Source of the DNA: an uncultured Candidatus Peribacteria bacterium
GTDB taxonomy: Bacteria > Patescibacteriota > Gracilibacteria > Peribacterales > Peribacteraceae
Direction: 5' to 3'
Assembly (NCBI GenBank): GCA_964608325.1
Contig: CAZSMX010000003.1
Span: 12,371-76,370 of the forward strand
DNA length: 64,000 bases
Shown: positions 24,547 to 33,218 of the stretch, in pieces
Numbering within the stretch: the first letter of the stretch is position 1
Layout: every line of letters starts with the position of its first letter
The notes under the pieces: generated by a model
Seen by the model: only the letters and a program-made list of their open reading frames with translations
What the model was told of the DNA's origin: nothing
Databases searched by the model: none
Program-made: the position numbers and the translations under genes

Positions 24547-25499
24547 CGCGTCCGACGAAGCAGGTACCCGATTACCGCCCTCAGGATAATGAAGGGGTGT
24601 TCGATGCAGAACTTCTTCAGTTCGCCGCTGCCTTCCGTCGTCATCACGCGTCCTTCTTTCTTGCGCTCGAAGTACCGGGCGATCATCAGTTCGAACGTTT
24701 TTTGCAATGCTTTCTTCACGCGCGGCTTGTCTTCCTCCGGCGCCCGTTCGAGCAGTAATTTAAACGTGTCGAAGCGTTCGAATACGCCTTTTCCCATCGA
24801 TTCATTCTGCGCGCTCGTGCCCGCCGCGTGCACGCGGAATTTGCCCACGATGTCCGGAAGGTCGTACCAATCGGCGTGCAGCAGGCAGCGCGTCCAGAAC
24901 TCGCTGTCCAGGTACTGGCGCATCGTCTCGTGGAACCCGCCTGTCTTCTCCAGGAGTTCGCGCCGCATCATGACGAAGCTCGGCTCCCCGATGATGTTCG
25001 GGCGCAGGCCTTTTTCGGCCCACCAGCAGAGCAGCTCCTTTCCGTTGTGGAATCCCGTCTTGATGTTCGCTTTTTTGAAGTCCTCCACCTCCTTGTAGAT
25101 GTGTGTGACGGGGGATTCGCCTTCCATCAAATACGTGTGGTTGCCCGATACGAACCCGACGGTCGGGTGCTCCGCGAACGGTTTCAGCATCTTTTCCAGG
25201 TAATCCGGTTCCCACAAATCGTCGTAGAAGAGGTACTGGATGAAGGGGGTATCGGCGTGGGGAAGGCACTCGTTCCAGTTCTGGCCGATGCTGCGGGGGC
25301 GCTCGCCTTGGACGAAGGTGACGCGCGGGTCCTTGAGATACGCGGGGATCGCATCCTTGATGCTTCTGTCGACGGGGTCGTTCACGAGCACGATCTTCCA
25401 GTCCTGGAAGGTCTGCGCGAACACGCAGTCCAGCGCGGCCCGGAGGTACTCGGGCTTCGCTTTGTGGAGGGGCATGAGAACGGAGACGATCGGTGTCAT
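24537..25499 (-). CDS. GT2 glycosyltransferase
   Basis: Trimmed to the ATG at 25499 (ATGA overlap with the upstream gene). VSVLMPLHKAKPEYLRAALDCVFAQTFQDWKIVLVNDP and FYDDLW. Confidence 0.8.
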   Translation of the reverse strand: MTPIVSVLMPLHKAKPEYLRAALDCVFAQTFQDWKIVLVNDPVDRSIKDAIPAYLKDPRVTFVQGERPRSIGQNWNECLPHADTPFIQYLFYDDLWEPDYLEKMLKPFAEHPTVGFVSGNHTYLMEGESPVTHIYKEVEDFKKANIKTGFHNGKELLCWWAEKGLRPNIIGEPSFVMMRRELLEKTGGFHETMRQYLDSEFWTRCLLHADWYDLPDIVGKFRVHAAGTSAQNESMGKGVFERFDTFKLLLERAPEEDKPRVKKALQKTFELMIARYFERKKEGRVMTTEGSGELKKFCIEHPFIILRAVIGYLLRRTRQS

Positions 25500-26296
25500 T
25501 TTCCCGAGGGGGAAAGCGATGGGTATGGCTTGAACAAGTACTTCCCGAAATATTTTAACGCATCGATGAGGTGCTTGCGGCCCGCCCATTTCGTGATGAA
25601 GCGCAGCGGCCCGCCCTGGGATAGGCGCGATTCGTTGTGGGTGGCTTTCGCATCGCGAAGTTGATGTACCTTCATGCCCAGGTTCCAGGTTTCGCGGCAC
25701 AGCGTGATGTCGGACATGAACAGGAAGAAGCTCGTGTCGTGTCCGCCCGTTTTTTCCAGGCACGCGCGCGTCATGACGAACATCGCCCCCACGAACCAAT
25801 CAACCGGTTCGTAATCCCTTTCCCCGAATTCCGTATGAGGCTTCATGCGCCCGTTGGGATTCGTGATGCGCCTCCATACGAGCTCGAGCAGGTTGGGGAA
25901 CGGACGGGCGCTATCCTGTTCGTGTCCGTCCGGATAGATCAGGCGGGGAGCGACGATGCCCACGTCCGGATTCGCTTCCAGGTGCTGCAGCAGGAGATCG
26001 ATCGTGTCCTCGTGCACCGTGATATCCGCGTTGACCGTCGCTATGTAGTCGCCGGAAGACAGTGCGTACCCGCAGTTGTTCCCGTCGATGTAGCCTCCGC
26101 GCGGGAGGTCCGCGAAACGGATGTGCTTCAACGTCGCGTAGGATTCAGGATCGATGTCGTCGTTCGCCAGTTTTCCCCCGTTATTCAGCACGATGATCTC
26201 CGTATCCGCGGGGAGTTTCGCTTTCGACAGCGCGGCCAGGCACTGGGTGACATCCCGGGGCTTATTCGTCTGTAAAATGACGACGGAGAGTTTCAT
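25496..26296 (-). CDS. GT2 glycosyltransferase
   Basis: LSVVILQTNKP...EIIVLNNGG...ATVNADITVH. TATACT lies 7 nt upstream of the ATG. Confidence 0.8.
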   Translation of the reverse strand: MKLSVVILQTNKPRDVTQCLAALSKAKLPADTEIIVLNNGGKLANDDIDPESYATLKHIRFADLPRGGYIDGNNCGYALSSGDYIATVNADITVHEDTIDLLLQHLEANPDVGIVAPRLIYPDGHEQDSARPFPNLLELVWRRITNPNGRMKPHTEFGERDYEPVDWFVGAMFVMTRACLEKTGGHDTSFFLFMSDITLCRETWNLGMKVHQLRDAKATHNESRLSQGGPLRFITKWAGRKHLIDALKYFGKYLFKPYPSLSPSGK

Positions 26297-26303
26297 CGAT
26301 GGG

Positions 26304-26309
26304 AGTATA
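26304..26309 (-). promoter_or_regulatory. -10 box TATACT, 7 nt upstream of the ATG at 26296
   Basis: Minus strand reads GAATCTATACTCCCATCGATG. Confidence 0.45.
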
Positions 26310-26352
26310 GATTCTTTTTTATACGAGAGGGAATTTATTTAGCGCCGAAAAG

Positions 26353-26430
26353 GCAATCGATGCAATCGAGGGAATCGAAGCAATAGAGGATTGATCCCTA
26401 AACCATCCTCTATTCCCTTGATTGCTTCTA
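26353..26430. repeat. Four tandem 9-mers (GCAATCGAT-like) embedded in a long imperfect palindrome
   Basis: The 9-mers are GCAATCGAT, GCAATCGAG, GGAATCGAA and GCAATAGAG (26353-26388). AATAGAGGAT (26382-26391) pairs with ATCCTCTATT (26405-26414). GAAGCAAT has its complement ATTGCTTC at 26421-26428. Confidence 0.65.
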
Positions 26431-26436
26431 TTTCTT

Positions 26437-27006
26437 CTATTTCTTCTCCAAAAATGGCAAATTTTTGTCCTTTTCCGACAGTTCCGTCACCGGCAACGGC
26501 CACTGCACGTTGATCGTCGGGTCGTCGTAGCGCACGCCCCGTTCCGCTTCTTTCATGAAGGGGTGCGAGAGAGGGTATGTCATCATCGTGCCGTCCGCGA
26601 GCGTTTGGAACCCGTGCGCGCAGCCTTCTGGGATGTACAGGGCGAGGCAATTCTCATCCGTCAGTTCCACGCCCACCCACTTTCCGTAGGTCGGGGAGTC
26701 CTTGCGCATGTCGACGCACACGTCGAACATGGCTCCTTTTGTGCAACGCACGGCTCTGGCCTGTTCGTGAGGAGCGGTTTGCCAGTGGAAGCCGCGGACC
26801 GTGCCCTTCTTCACGTTCATGGACATGTTCTGCTCCACGCCCATGCGGCTCAGCCCCTTGCCGGTCCATTCTTTCTCATCATATATGCGCGCGAAAAAGC
26901 CCCTGTTATCCCCGATGCGCTCCGGTTCCAGGATATAGCAGCCGGCGATGAGGGTCTCTTTCAGGATCACGGGCGGCACTATAAGCCATTGCCTCCCGTA
27001 TGCCAA
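26437..27006 (-). CDS. rfbC: dTDP-4-dehydrorhamnose 3,5-epimerase (cupin)
   Basis: ILEPERIGDNRGFFARIY, VRGFHWQ and YIPEGCAHGF. The track start is a TTG; in-frame GTGs at 26979 and 26970 are alternatives. Confidence 0.85.
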   Translation of the reverse strand: MAYGRQWLIVPPVILKETLIAGCYILEPERIGDNRGFFARIYDEKEWTGKGLSRMGVEQNMSMNVKKGTVRGFHWQTAPHEQARAVRCTKGAMFDVCVDMRKDSPTYGKWVGVELTDENCLALYIPEGCAHGFQTLADGTMMTYPLSHPFMKEAERGVRYDDPTINVQWPLPVTELSEKDKNLPFLEKK

Positions 27007-27047
27007 AAAGATAGGCTTTGGAGCCTTCCTTTCCGCATTCCTACCGC

Positions 27048-27053
27048 TATACT
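27048..27053 (+). promoter_or_regulatory. -10 box TATACT, 9 nt upstream of the rmlB-like ATG
   Basis: GCTATACTCCCATCACTATG. Confidence 0.45.
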
Positions 27054-27062
27054 CCCATCACT

Positions 27063-28184
27063 ATGAAGCGAGTCCTCCTCACCGGCGCCGACGGATTTAT
27101 CGGCCACCATATCGTCGAAGCGATCATGAAGCACACCGACTGGCATGTCATCGGTCTGAGCAAGATCGACAGCGCGTCGACGATCCACCGCTTGGCGGAC
27201 ATCGATAACTGGGAACAGTACAAGCACCGTTTCAATTTCGTGTTCCACGACCTTCGTTCGCCCATCAATCCGTACGTCGCCAACCGCATCGGACCGGTGA
27301 ACTACATCCTGCACCTTGCGGCCAGCACCCACGTGGACCGCAGCATCGACGCTCCGATGGAGTTCGTTTTGGACAACGTCGTGGGCACCTGCAACCTCCT
27401 CGACTTCGCACGCACGCTCGACGGCCTCGAGCTCATGAACTATTTCTCCACGGACGAGGTGTTCGGACCCGCCCCCGAGGGTGTGGCATACAAGGAGTGG
27501 GACCGCTACAAGTCCAGCAATCCGTACGCCGCGGCCAAAGCCGGAGGCGAGGAGCTCTGCTATTCCTACTACAACACGTACGGCTTGCCGGTGATGATCA
27601 CTCATACGATGAACGTGTTCGGCGAACGCCAGCACCCGGAGAAATTCATCCCGAAGGTCATCAACGCCACGCTGACGGGGCAGAAGATTTACATCCACGG
27701 CAACCCCGAGCGTACCAGGGCCGGCACCCGCTTCTACGTCCATGCGCGCAACGTCGCCGCCGCACTTATGTTCCTCATCAAGCAGCATGAGGAAGGCAAG
27801 GCAATCGCGGGAGACAAGTTCAATATCGTGGGGGAGAAGGAAATGGATAACCTCTCGCTTGCCCAATTCATCGCGAATATCGTCGGGCAGCCGCTCAACT
27901 ACGACCTCGTCGATTTCCACGGCAGCCGCCCCGGCCACGACCTGCGCTACGCGCTGGATGGCGAGAAGCTGAAGGGGATGGGATTCGAGTATCCCAAGAC
28001 ATTCGAACAAAGCCTCACGAAGACGGTTGAGTGGTACCTGGCGCACCGCCAGTGGCTGCTCGATGACTTCTCCAAGGCGCAGTTCGCCAAGGAGGCGCAT
28101 GGCCTCGACCAAGGAGTGAAGGCGATGCTCCAGAAGACGGTCCAGAAGGCCGTCGGACAGGAGCAAAAGGTCGATACGCACTGA
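27063..28184 (+). CDS. rfbB: dTDP-glucose 4,6-dehydratase-like extended SDR
   Basis: Trimmed to the ATG at 27063 (MKRVLLTGADGFIGHH). HLAASTHVDRS, YAAAKAGGE (YxxxK) and HTMNVFGERQHPEKFIP. Confidence 0.8.
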   Translation: MKRVLLTGADGFIGHHIVEAIMKHTDWHVIGLSKIDSASTIHRLADIDNWEQYKHRFNFVFHDLRSPINPYVANRIGPVNYILHLAASTHVDRSIDAPMEFVLDNVVGTCNLLDFARTLDGLELMNYFSTDEVFGPAPEGVAYKEWDRYKSSNPYAAAKAGGEELCYSYYNTYGLPVMITHTMNVFGERQHPEKFIPKVINATLTGQKIYIHGNPERTRAGTRFYVHARNVAAALMFLIKQHEEGKAIAGDKFNIVGEKEMDNLSLAQFIANIVGQPLNYDLVDFHGSRPGHDLRYALDGEKLKGMGFEYPKTFEQSLTKTVEWYLAHRQWLLDDFSKAQFAKEAHGLDQGVKAMLQKTVQKAVGQEQKVDTH

Positions 28185-28195
28185 TAGTCCCGTGG

Positions 28196-28201
28196 TAGAC
28201 T
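28196..28201 (+). promoter_or_regulatory. -10-like TAGACT, 8 nt upstream of the ATG at 28210
   Basis: GGTAGACTGTGGTCCCATG, 11 nt after the rmlB-like stop. Confidence 0.35.
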
Positions 28202-28209
28202 GTGGTCCC

Positions 28210-29289
28210 ATGAAGGTGACCCTCGCCACCGGCATCTATCCTCCGGATATCGGAGGTCCCGCGACGTACGTCCGGGAACTGGCCCATGCGCTTCAGAAGC
28301 AGCAGGTCCAGGTGCAAGTGATTACGTACGGAAAGGGGAAGTCTGGAGACGACCTGTTCCCGGTCATCCGCGTGCCGAAGGGGGTACTGCCCGTCGTCCG
28401 CTGGTTCCGCTTCGCCCGCGCGCTCAAAAAGCACGCCGCGGACGCCGATATCATCTACGCGTTCTCTTCCGTGAGCGTCGGTATGCCCCTGTGGATCACG
28501 CACTTGAAGCAGCCGAAGAAAATCCTGCGCCTTGGCGGGGATTTCCGTTGGGAGCGCTACACCGACAAGGGCGGCGCGTTGGGCCTGAAGGAATGGTATG
28601 AGAAAGAGCAGCGCTTCCACGGTGCCATGAACGGCCTCCTGAAGACCTTCGATCACATCGTCTTTTCCACCGAGTTCCAGCAGGCGATTTACGAGAAGGT
28701 GTACCGAGCCCTCCCGTTGCATCAGGTCATCGAGAACGCCTTGCCGGGCGGCATGCCCACGCACCATGCGAAGCACGTGCCTTTCAAGTTGCTCTTCCTG
28801 GGGCGCTTCGTTCCGTTCAAGAACATCGGGTCCCTCCTGTGCGCGGTCAAAAACCTTTCCGATGTCACGCTCACCCTCGTCGGCGACGGCCCCCTTCTTC
28901 CCGCCATCCGCAAGGCGGTTCGCAAAATGCAGATCGGCGACCGCGTCGAAGTTCTTCCTCCTCAACGGGGCGATGCGAAGAAAGCGGCCTTCCGCGGACA
29001 CGATCTCATGGTGCTCCCGTCGTATACCGATATCAGCCCCAATGCCGCACTCGAGGCGCGCTGCGAAGGATTGCCCGTGCTGCTGACCAGTGAAAACGGC
29101 TTGAGCCGCCAGCTGTCCGAGGGCATGCTCGTCCGCCGTTTGCAAACTCCCCGCGATATCCAATCGGCATTGGAAGAAGCGATGCGGGATTACGAAAAAA
29201 TCGCGGAACGGTGCGCGCAGCCCCTCCCCGAACGCAACTGGGATACGCTCGCGCGCGAACACCTCACACTTTTCCAGGGAATCCTATGA
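28210..29289 (+). CDS. GT4 glycosyltransferase
   Basis: Trimmed to the ATG at 28210 (MKVTLATGIYPPDIGGPATY). FLGRFVPFKN and PSYTDISPNAALEARCEGLPVL. Confidence 0.8.
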   Translation: MKVTLATGIYPPDIGGPATYVRELAHALQKQQVQVQVITYGKGKSGDDLFPVIRVPKGVLPVVRWFRFARALKKHAADADIIYAFSSVSVGMPLWITHLKQPKKILRLGGDFRWERYTDKGGALGLKEWYEKEQRFHGAMNGLLKTFDHIVFSTEFQQAIYEKVYRALPLHQVIENALPGGMPTHHAKHVPFKLLFLGRFVPFKNIGSLLCAVKNLSDVTLTLVGDGPLLPAIRKAVRKMQIGDRVEVLPPQRGDAKKAAFRGHDLMVLPSYTDISPNAALEARCEGLPVLLTSENGLSRQLSEGMLVRRLQTPRDIQSALEEAMRDYEKIAERCAQPLPERNWDTLAREHLTLFQGIL

Positions 29290-30392
29290 ACCTGCTCATG
29301 ATCTCCGGCGATCGGTCGCTCCTCGAGGGAAAGAGGGGCGCCTTCTACTACACGCTCGAGGCCTTTTCCAAGGAGTGGGACCGCATCGACATCATCACTC
29401 CCCACGTAAAGGACGCTCCCGAAGCCATGACGCTCTTCGGCAACGTGTACCTGCATCCGAACCCCAACGGGCTCCTGTCCCAGCCGTCGTGGATCAAAAG
29501 GAAAGGCATGCAGCTCCATCTGCACTTCCGCCACCAGGTGATGACCGTGCACGAATACCCGCCGTTTTACAACGGCATCGGCGCGCGCATGCTCGCGAGG
29601 AAGATCAGGATCCCGTGGGTATTGGAGATCCACCATCTCATCGGATACCCGAAGCCCGCTTCCTTCTCGGAGCGCATCGGCAGGGTGCTGTCCCGCCTGT
29701 ACCTTCCGGGAGAAATCCGCATGGCGTCCGCCGTACGCACCGTCAGCAAGAGCACGGCCCAGCGCCTGCTCGATTGGAAGTCCCCGAAGTCGAAGATCTT
29801 CGTGGTGCCATCGTTTTACCTGGACCGCGAACTGTTCGAGAGCCTGCCCGACACGCACCAGCTGTACGACATCGCGTTCTGTGCCAGGATCGTCTCCAAC
29901 AAGGGCCTCCCAAACCTCCTGAAGGTCGTGGCGAAATTGCCAGGCGTGCGCTTGCTTGTCATTGGGGACGGTCCCGACCGCGCCTCGTGCGAGAAGCTCG
30001 CGCGCGATCTGCGCATCGCCCAAAGAGTAGAATTCCGCGGATGGATGCCCACCCAGGAGGAGGTGATCCGCAAGATCCGCAGTGCCAAGGTATTCGTCAT
30101 GAACTCCCTAAGCGAGGGCGGGCCGAGGAGCGCCTTGGAAGCGATGGCTGCGGGCATGCCCGTGGTCGTGACGCAGGTCGGGGTGATGCCGGACGTCATC
30201 GACGAGGGGAAGAACGGGTACTTCACGACGGGGGAGCCCGATGACTTGGCCGAGAAGATTTCCCTGCTCCTGCGCGACCCTGCACTGCGCGATGCGGTGG
30301 GCCGCAATGCCGCCATGATCGTCGACCGTTTCGAACGCAGGCAGCTCATCGCGCAGTACGCGCGTTTCCTCAAGACCACCGCTGTTTCATGA
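29286..30392 (+). CDS. GT4 glycosyltransferase
   Basis: Trimmed to the ATG at 29286 (ATGA overlap). NSLSEGGPRSALEAMAAGMPVVVTQVG. Confidence 0.8.
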   Translation: MNLLMISGDRSLLEGKRGAFYYTLEAFSKEWDRIDIITPHVKDAPEAMTLFGNVYLHPNPNGLLSQPSWIKRKGMQLHLHFRHQVMTVHEYPPFYNGIGARMLARKIRIPWVLEIHHLIGYPKPASFSERIGRVLSRLYLPGEIRMASAVRTVSKSTAQRLLDWKSPKSKIFVVPSFYLDRELFESLPDTHQLYDIAFCARIVSNKGLPNLLKVVAKLPGVRLLVIGDGPDRASCEKLARDLRIAQRVEFRGWMPTQEEVIRKIRSAKVFVMNSLSEGGPRSALEAMAAGMPVVVTQVGVMPDVIDEGKNGYFTTGEPDDLAEKISLLLRDPALRDAVGRNAAMIVDRFERRQLIAQYARFLKTTAVS

Positions 30393-31411
30393 AGCTGCTG
30401 ATCGTCACCCAGAAGGTAGACCGGCATGATCCCGTCCTGGGATTCTTCCATGCCTGGATCGCGGCTTTCGCCAAGCATGCGGAACATGTCACGGTGATCA
30501 CCCAGTCCGTCGGGGAGCACGCGTTGCCCGGCAACGTGACCGTCCTTTCATTGGGAAAAGATACGGGGAGGGGTACGCCCGCGCAGATTTTCACGTTCAA
30601 GAAACTCCTCTGGAAACACCGCCATGACTACGACACGGTGCTCGTCCACATGACTCCCGTGTGGATGGTCATCGGGGGACCGATGTGGATGCTGCTCGGC
30701 AAGTCCCGGTACCTTTGGTACGAGTCCCGAGGCACGCGATGGCCGCTGCGCGTCGCCTTGATGATGGTCCATATGGTATTCAGCGCTTCTTCCTACGGCA
30801 TGCCGTTGCAAACGAGGAAAAGCATCGTCACGGGGCATGGCATCGATACGGATCTCTTCTCTCCCGACGAATCGCAGCGCGTTGCGAACCGACTCCTCTC
30901 GGTCGGGCGTATCACGGCGGGGAAGTTTCCCGGCCGCGTCATCCGGCTCTTACCCGACCTTCCCGAAGGGTGCCATCTTCAGTGGGTCGGCGGTCCCGTG
31001 ACGGAGGATGACAGGAAGCTTGAACAGGCGTTGCAGCGTGATATCGACGTGCTCCGGCTGCGCCAGCGCGTCTCGTTCCGTACCGTTCCGCACGACCGGC
31101 TCGCTCAGCTCATGCAGGAAGCGGATGTCTTCGTGCACGCGAGCGTGACGGGTCTCGACAAGGCCGTGCTGGAGGCGATGTCCTGCGGATGCATCATCGT
31201 TTCGGTATCGCCGGCACTTACGGATATCCTTCCCAAGGCCCTTCAGTGCACCCCCGAAACCATGGGCCAGGCGGTTGCCTCCGCCCTCGCCCTTCCGGCC
31301 TCTGAAAAAGAAGCCCTGCGCAAAACGCTGCGTGAAGCGGTTATACGGCATCACGGGCTCGATCGCCTGATCACGCTGCTGGTGACGCACATGCAGACAA
31401 CGAAAAATTGA
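30389..31411 (+). CDS. GT4-like glycosyltransferase
   Basis: ATGA overlap. MKLLIVTQKVDRHDPVLGFF and HASVTGLDKAVLEAMSCGCIIV. Confidence 0.7.
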   Translation: MKLLIVTQKVDRHDPVLGFFHAWIAAFAKHAEHVTVITQSVGEHALPGNVTVLSLGKDTGRGTPAQIFTFKKLLWKHRHDYDTVLVHMTPVWMVIGGPMWMLLGKSRYLWYESRGTRWPLRVALMMVHMVFSASSYGMPLQTRKSIVTGHGIDTDLFSPDESQRVANRLLSVGRITAGKFPGRVIRLLPDLPEGCHLQWVGGPVTEDDRKLEQALQRDIDVLRLRQRVSFRTVPHDRLAQLMQEADVFVHASVTGLDKAVLEAMSCGCIIVSVSPALTDILPKALQCTPETMGQAVASALALPASEKEALRKTLREAVIRHHGLDRLITLLVTHMQTTKN

Positions 31412-32061
31412 TCCTGTATCATCCGGGCATGGCACATGCGACTCACAGCCTGTTCCGGACACGTTTTTACAATGCGCTCAAAGGCGTCGAATTGAACGGG
31501 TCCGTGCTGGACCTCGGAGGCTCGCGCAAGTCCGGGTATCACGAGTTGTTCCAGGGGGCGCCTTCGTTCACGGTGGTGAATATCGACGAGGAGTATGGGT
31601 ACGACCTGAAGTTCGACGTCGAACAGCCCTTTCCGGTCGCCGACGCATCGTACGATCACGTGCTGTGCCTGAACTTGCTGGAACATACCTACGACTACAT
31701 GCATGTCCTGCGCGAGAGCCTGCGCGTGGTGAGGCCGGGAGGGAAGATCGTCTCCGTCACGCCGTTTTCCATCCCGCTGCATCCCTGCCCGCATGATTTC
31801 TACCGGTTCACGGGGGAGACATTGCAGCGCATGTTCACCGACGCGGGGTTTGCCGTGGAGGAAGTGGAGGCCATGGGGTACGGGGTCTTCGCCTGCGTGT
31901 ATCAATACAGTTCATGGCTGCTCCCGGGCGTGCTGCGTAGGATTGCAATGCGATGCGCCGCTGGCATGGATCGGTTGCTCTCCCGCGTGAGCAAACGCTA
32001 CAAGGAACTTTCCGCGAATTACGTCCTCGGCTATCTCGTCATCGCCCGCAAGCCCGCATGA
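31408..32061 (+). CDS. Class I SAM-dependent methyltransferase
   Basis: VLDLGG (motif I), HVLCLNLLEH and RVVRPGGKIV. ATGA overlaps on both sides. Confidence 0.8.
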   Translation: MILYHPGMAHATHSLFRTRFYNALKGVELNGSVLDLGGSRKSGYHELFQGAPSFTVVNIDEEYGYDLKFDVEQPFPVADASYDHVLCLNLLEHTYDYMHVLRESLRVVRPGGKIVSVTPFSIPLHPCPHDFYRFTGETLQRMFTDAGFAVEEVEAMGYGVFACVYQYSSWLLPGVLRRIAMRCAAGMDRLLSRVSKRYKELSANYVLGYLVIARKPA

Positions 32062-33218
32062 GGATCGCCTACTGCACCAATGTCCGGCTTCCCAGCGAAC
32101 GCGCGCACGGCCACCAGATCGCCCAGGTGTGCGACGCCCTCATCAATCTCGGCCATGAGGTGACGGTCTTCGCGACCATTCGCAAAGAAACGGTGGAGCA
32201 GCCTTTCGCGTCGTACTACGGCGTGAGCGGGAAGATCGGACTCAGGCATATCGGCTACAAGCGGCTCCTTCCGAACTGGCCACCGCTGCGTCCGCTGCGC
32301 CTTTTCCTGCAAAACAGGGGGCTCTTGCGCGATTACCGCATGCATCTGAAGCCTGAGAACTTCGACCTTCTGTACACCCGCGCCCCCGCGCTGCTCCCCG
32401 CGCTGCTCGAGACGGGCATCCCGGTCATCCTGGAGCTTCACTCCCTCCCGCGACGCAACCTCCGCACGTTCATCCGTCACTGCGGACAGTGCCGGCTCGT
32501 CGACTGCCTCACGTCGTCGATGCATCGGACGTTGAAGGAGTGGGGCGTGCCGGAAGGCAAGCTGATGACGGAAGGGGACGGGGTCGACCTGCGCCGCTTC
32601 GCGAAAGTTCCGCCGCGCGACGAGGCCCGACTTGAGATCGGATTGCATACGGACCGTCTCGTCGTAGGGTACGTAGGCCGCCTGAAGACGCTCTTCATGG
32701 AGAAGGGCGTGAAACATATTTTGGAAGCGGTGAAGCAGTTGCAGCACGAGAAGAAATTTCTGGCACTGATCGTCGGCGGGCCCGAAAAGGATGCCGATGA
32801 GTACCGGAAGATGGCGAAGGACTTGGGACTCGGCGACGAGGACGTGCGTTTCACGGGAGAGGTGTCCGGCAAGGAGGTCCCGAAAATGCTCGCCGCATGC
32901 GACGTGCTTGCGATGCCTTTCCCGGACTTCCCGCACTACCGCCATCATATGTCGCCGCTGAAGATGTTCGAGTACATGGCTGCGGACCGTCCCATGATTT
33001 CCTCCGATCTTCCTACCGTCCGTGACGTGCTCACGGAAGAGGTCGCGTACTTCTGTGTGCCGGGGGACAGTGCGGATCTTGCCGCGGTCCTCTCCCATAT
33101 CGCCGCCCATCCCGACGAGGCCCGCGCGAAGGCCGTCGCCGCCGCGGAGAAGGTGAAGAACCACACGTGGGAGGAGCGGATGAAACGGGTTTTACGCGCC
33201 GCTTCCCTGCCTGCCTGA
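32058..33218 (+). CDS. GT4 glycosyltransferase
   Basis: Trimmed to the ATG at 32058. YVGRLKTLFMEKG and SPLKMFEYMAADRPMISSDLP. Confidence 0.8.
   Translation: MRIAYCTNVRLPSERAHGHQIAQVCDALINLGHEVTVFATIRKETVEQPFASYYGVSGKIGLRHIGYKRLLPNWPPLRPLRLFLQNRGLLRDYRMHLKPENFDLLYTRAPALLPALLETGIPVILELHSLPRRNLRTFIRHCGQCRLVDCLTSSMHRTLKEWGVPEGKLMTEGDGVDLRRFAKVPPRDEARLEIGLHTDRLVVGYVGRLKTLFMEKGVKHILEAVKQLQHEKKFLALIVGGPEKDADEYRKMAKDLGLGDEDVRFTGEVSGKEVPKMLAACDVLAMPFPDFPHYRHHMSPLKMFEYMAADRPMISSDLPTVRDVLTEEVAYFCVPGDSADLAAVLSHIAAHPDEARAKAVAAAEKVKNHTWEERMKRVLRAASLPA

Noticed and set aside
26353-26388. Possible CRISPR array (short direct repeats)
   Set aside because: The repeats are only 9 nt, directly tandem with no spacers, and only four copies. 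There are no cas genes in the window.
26979-28235. 418-aa minus-strand ORF, plus similar long ORFs at 224-1408, 5035-6339, 14342-15562, 23311-24408, 28015-29262, 32031-33164, 36716-37981, 39359-40609, 42865-43869, 43733-45169 and 63347-63928
   Set aside because: All are antisense or out of frame relative to genes with clear catalytic motifs (rmlB, ctp, M16, M50, GT4s, KpsS-like, WbuX, neuC, neuB/neuA, LuxR). They have Arg/Gly/His/Pro-rich composition and no motifs. They are GC-driven open frames.
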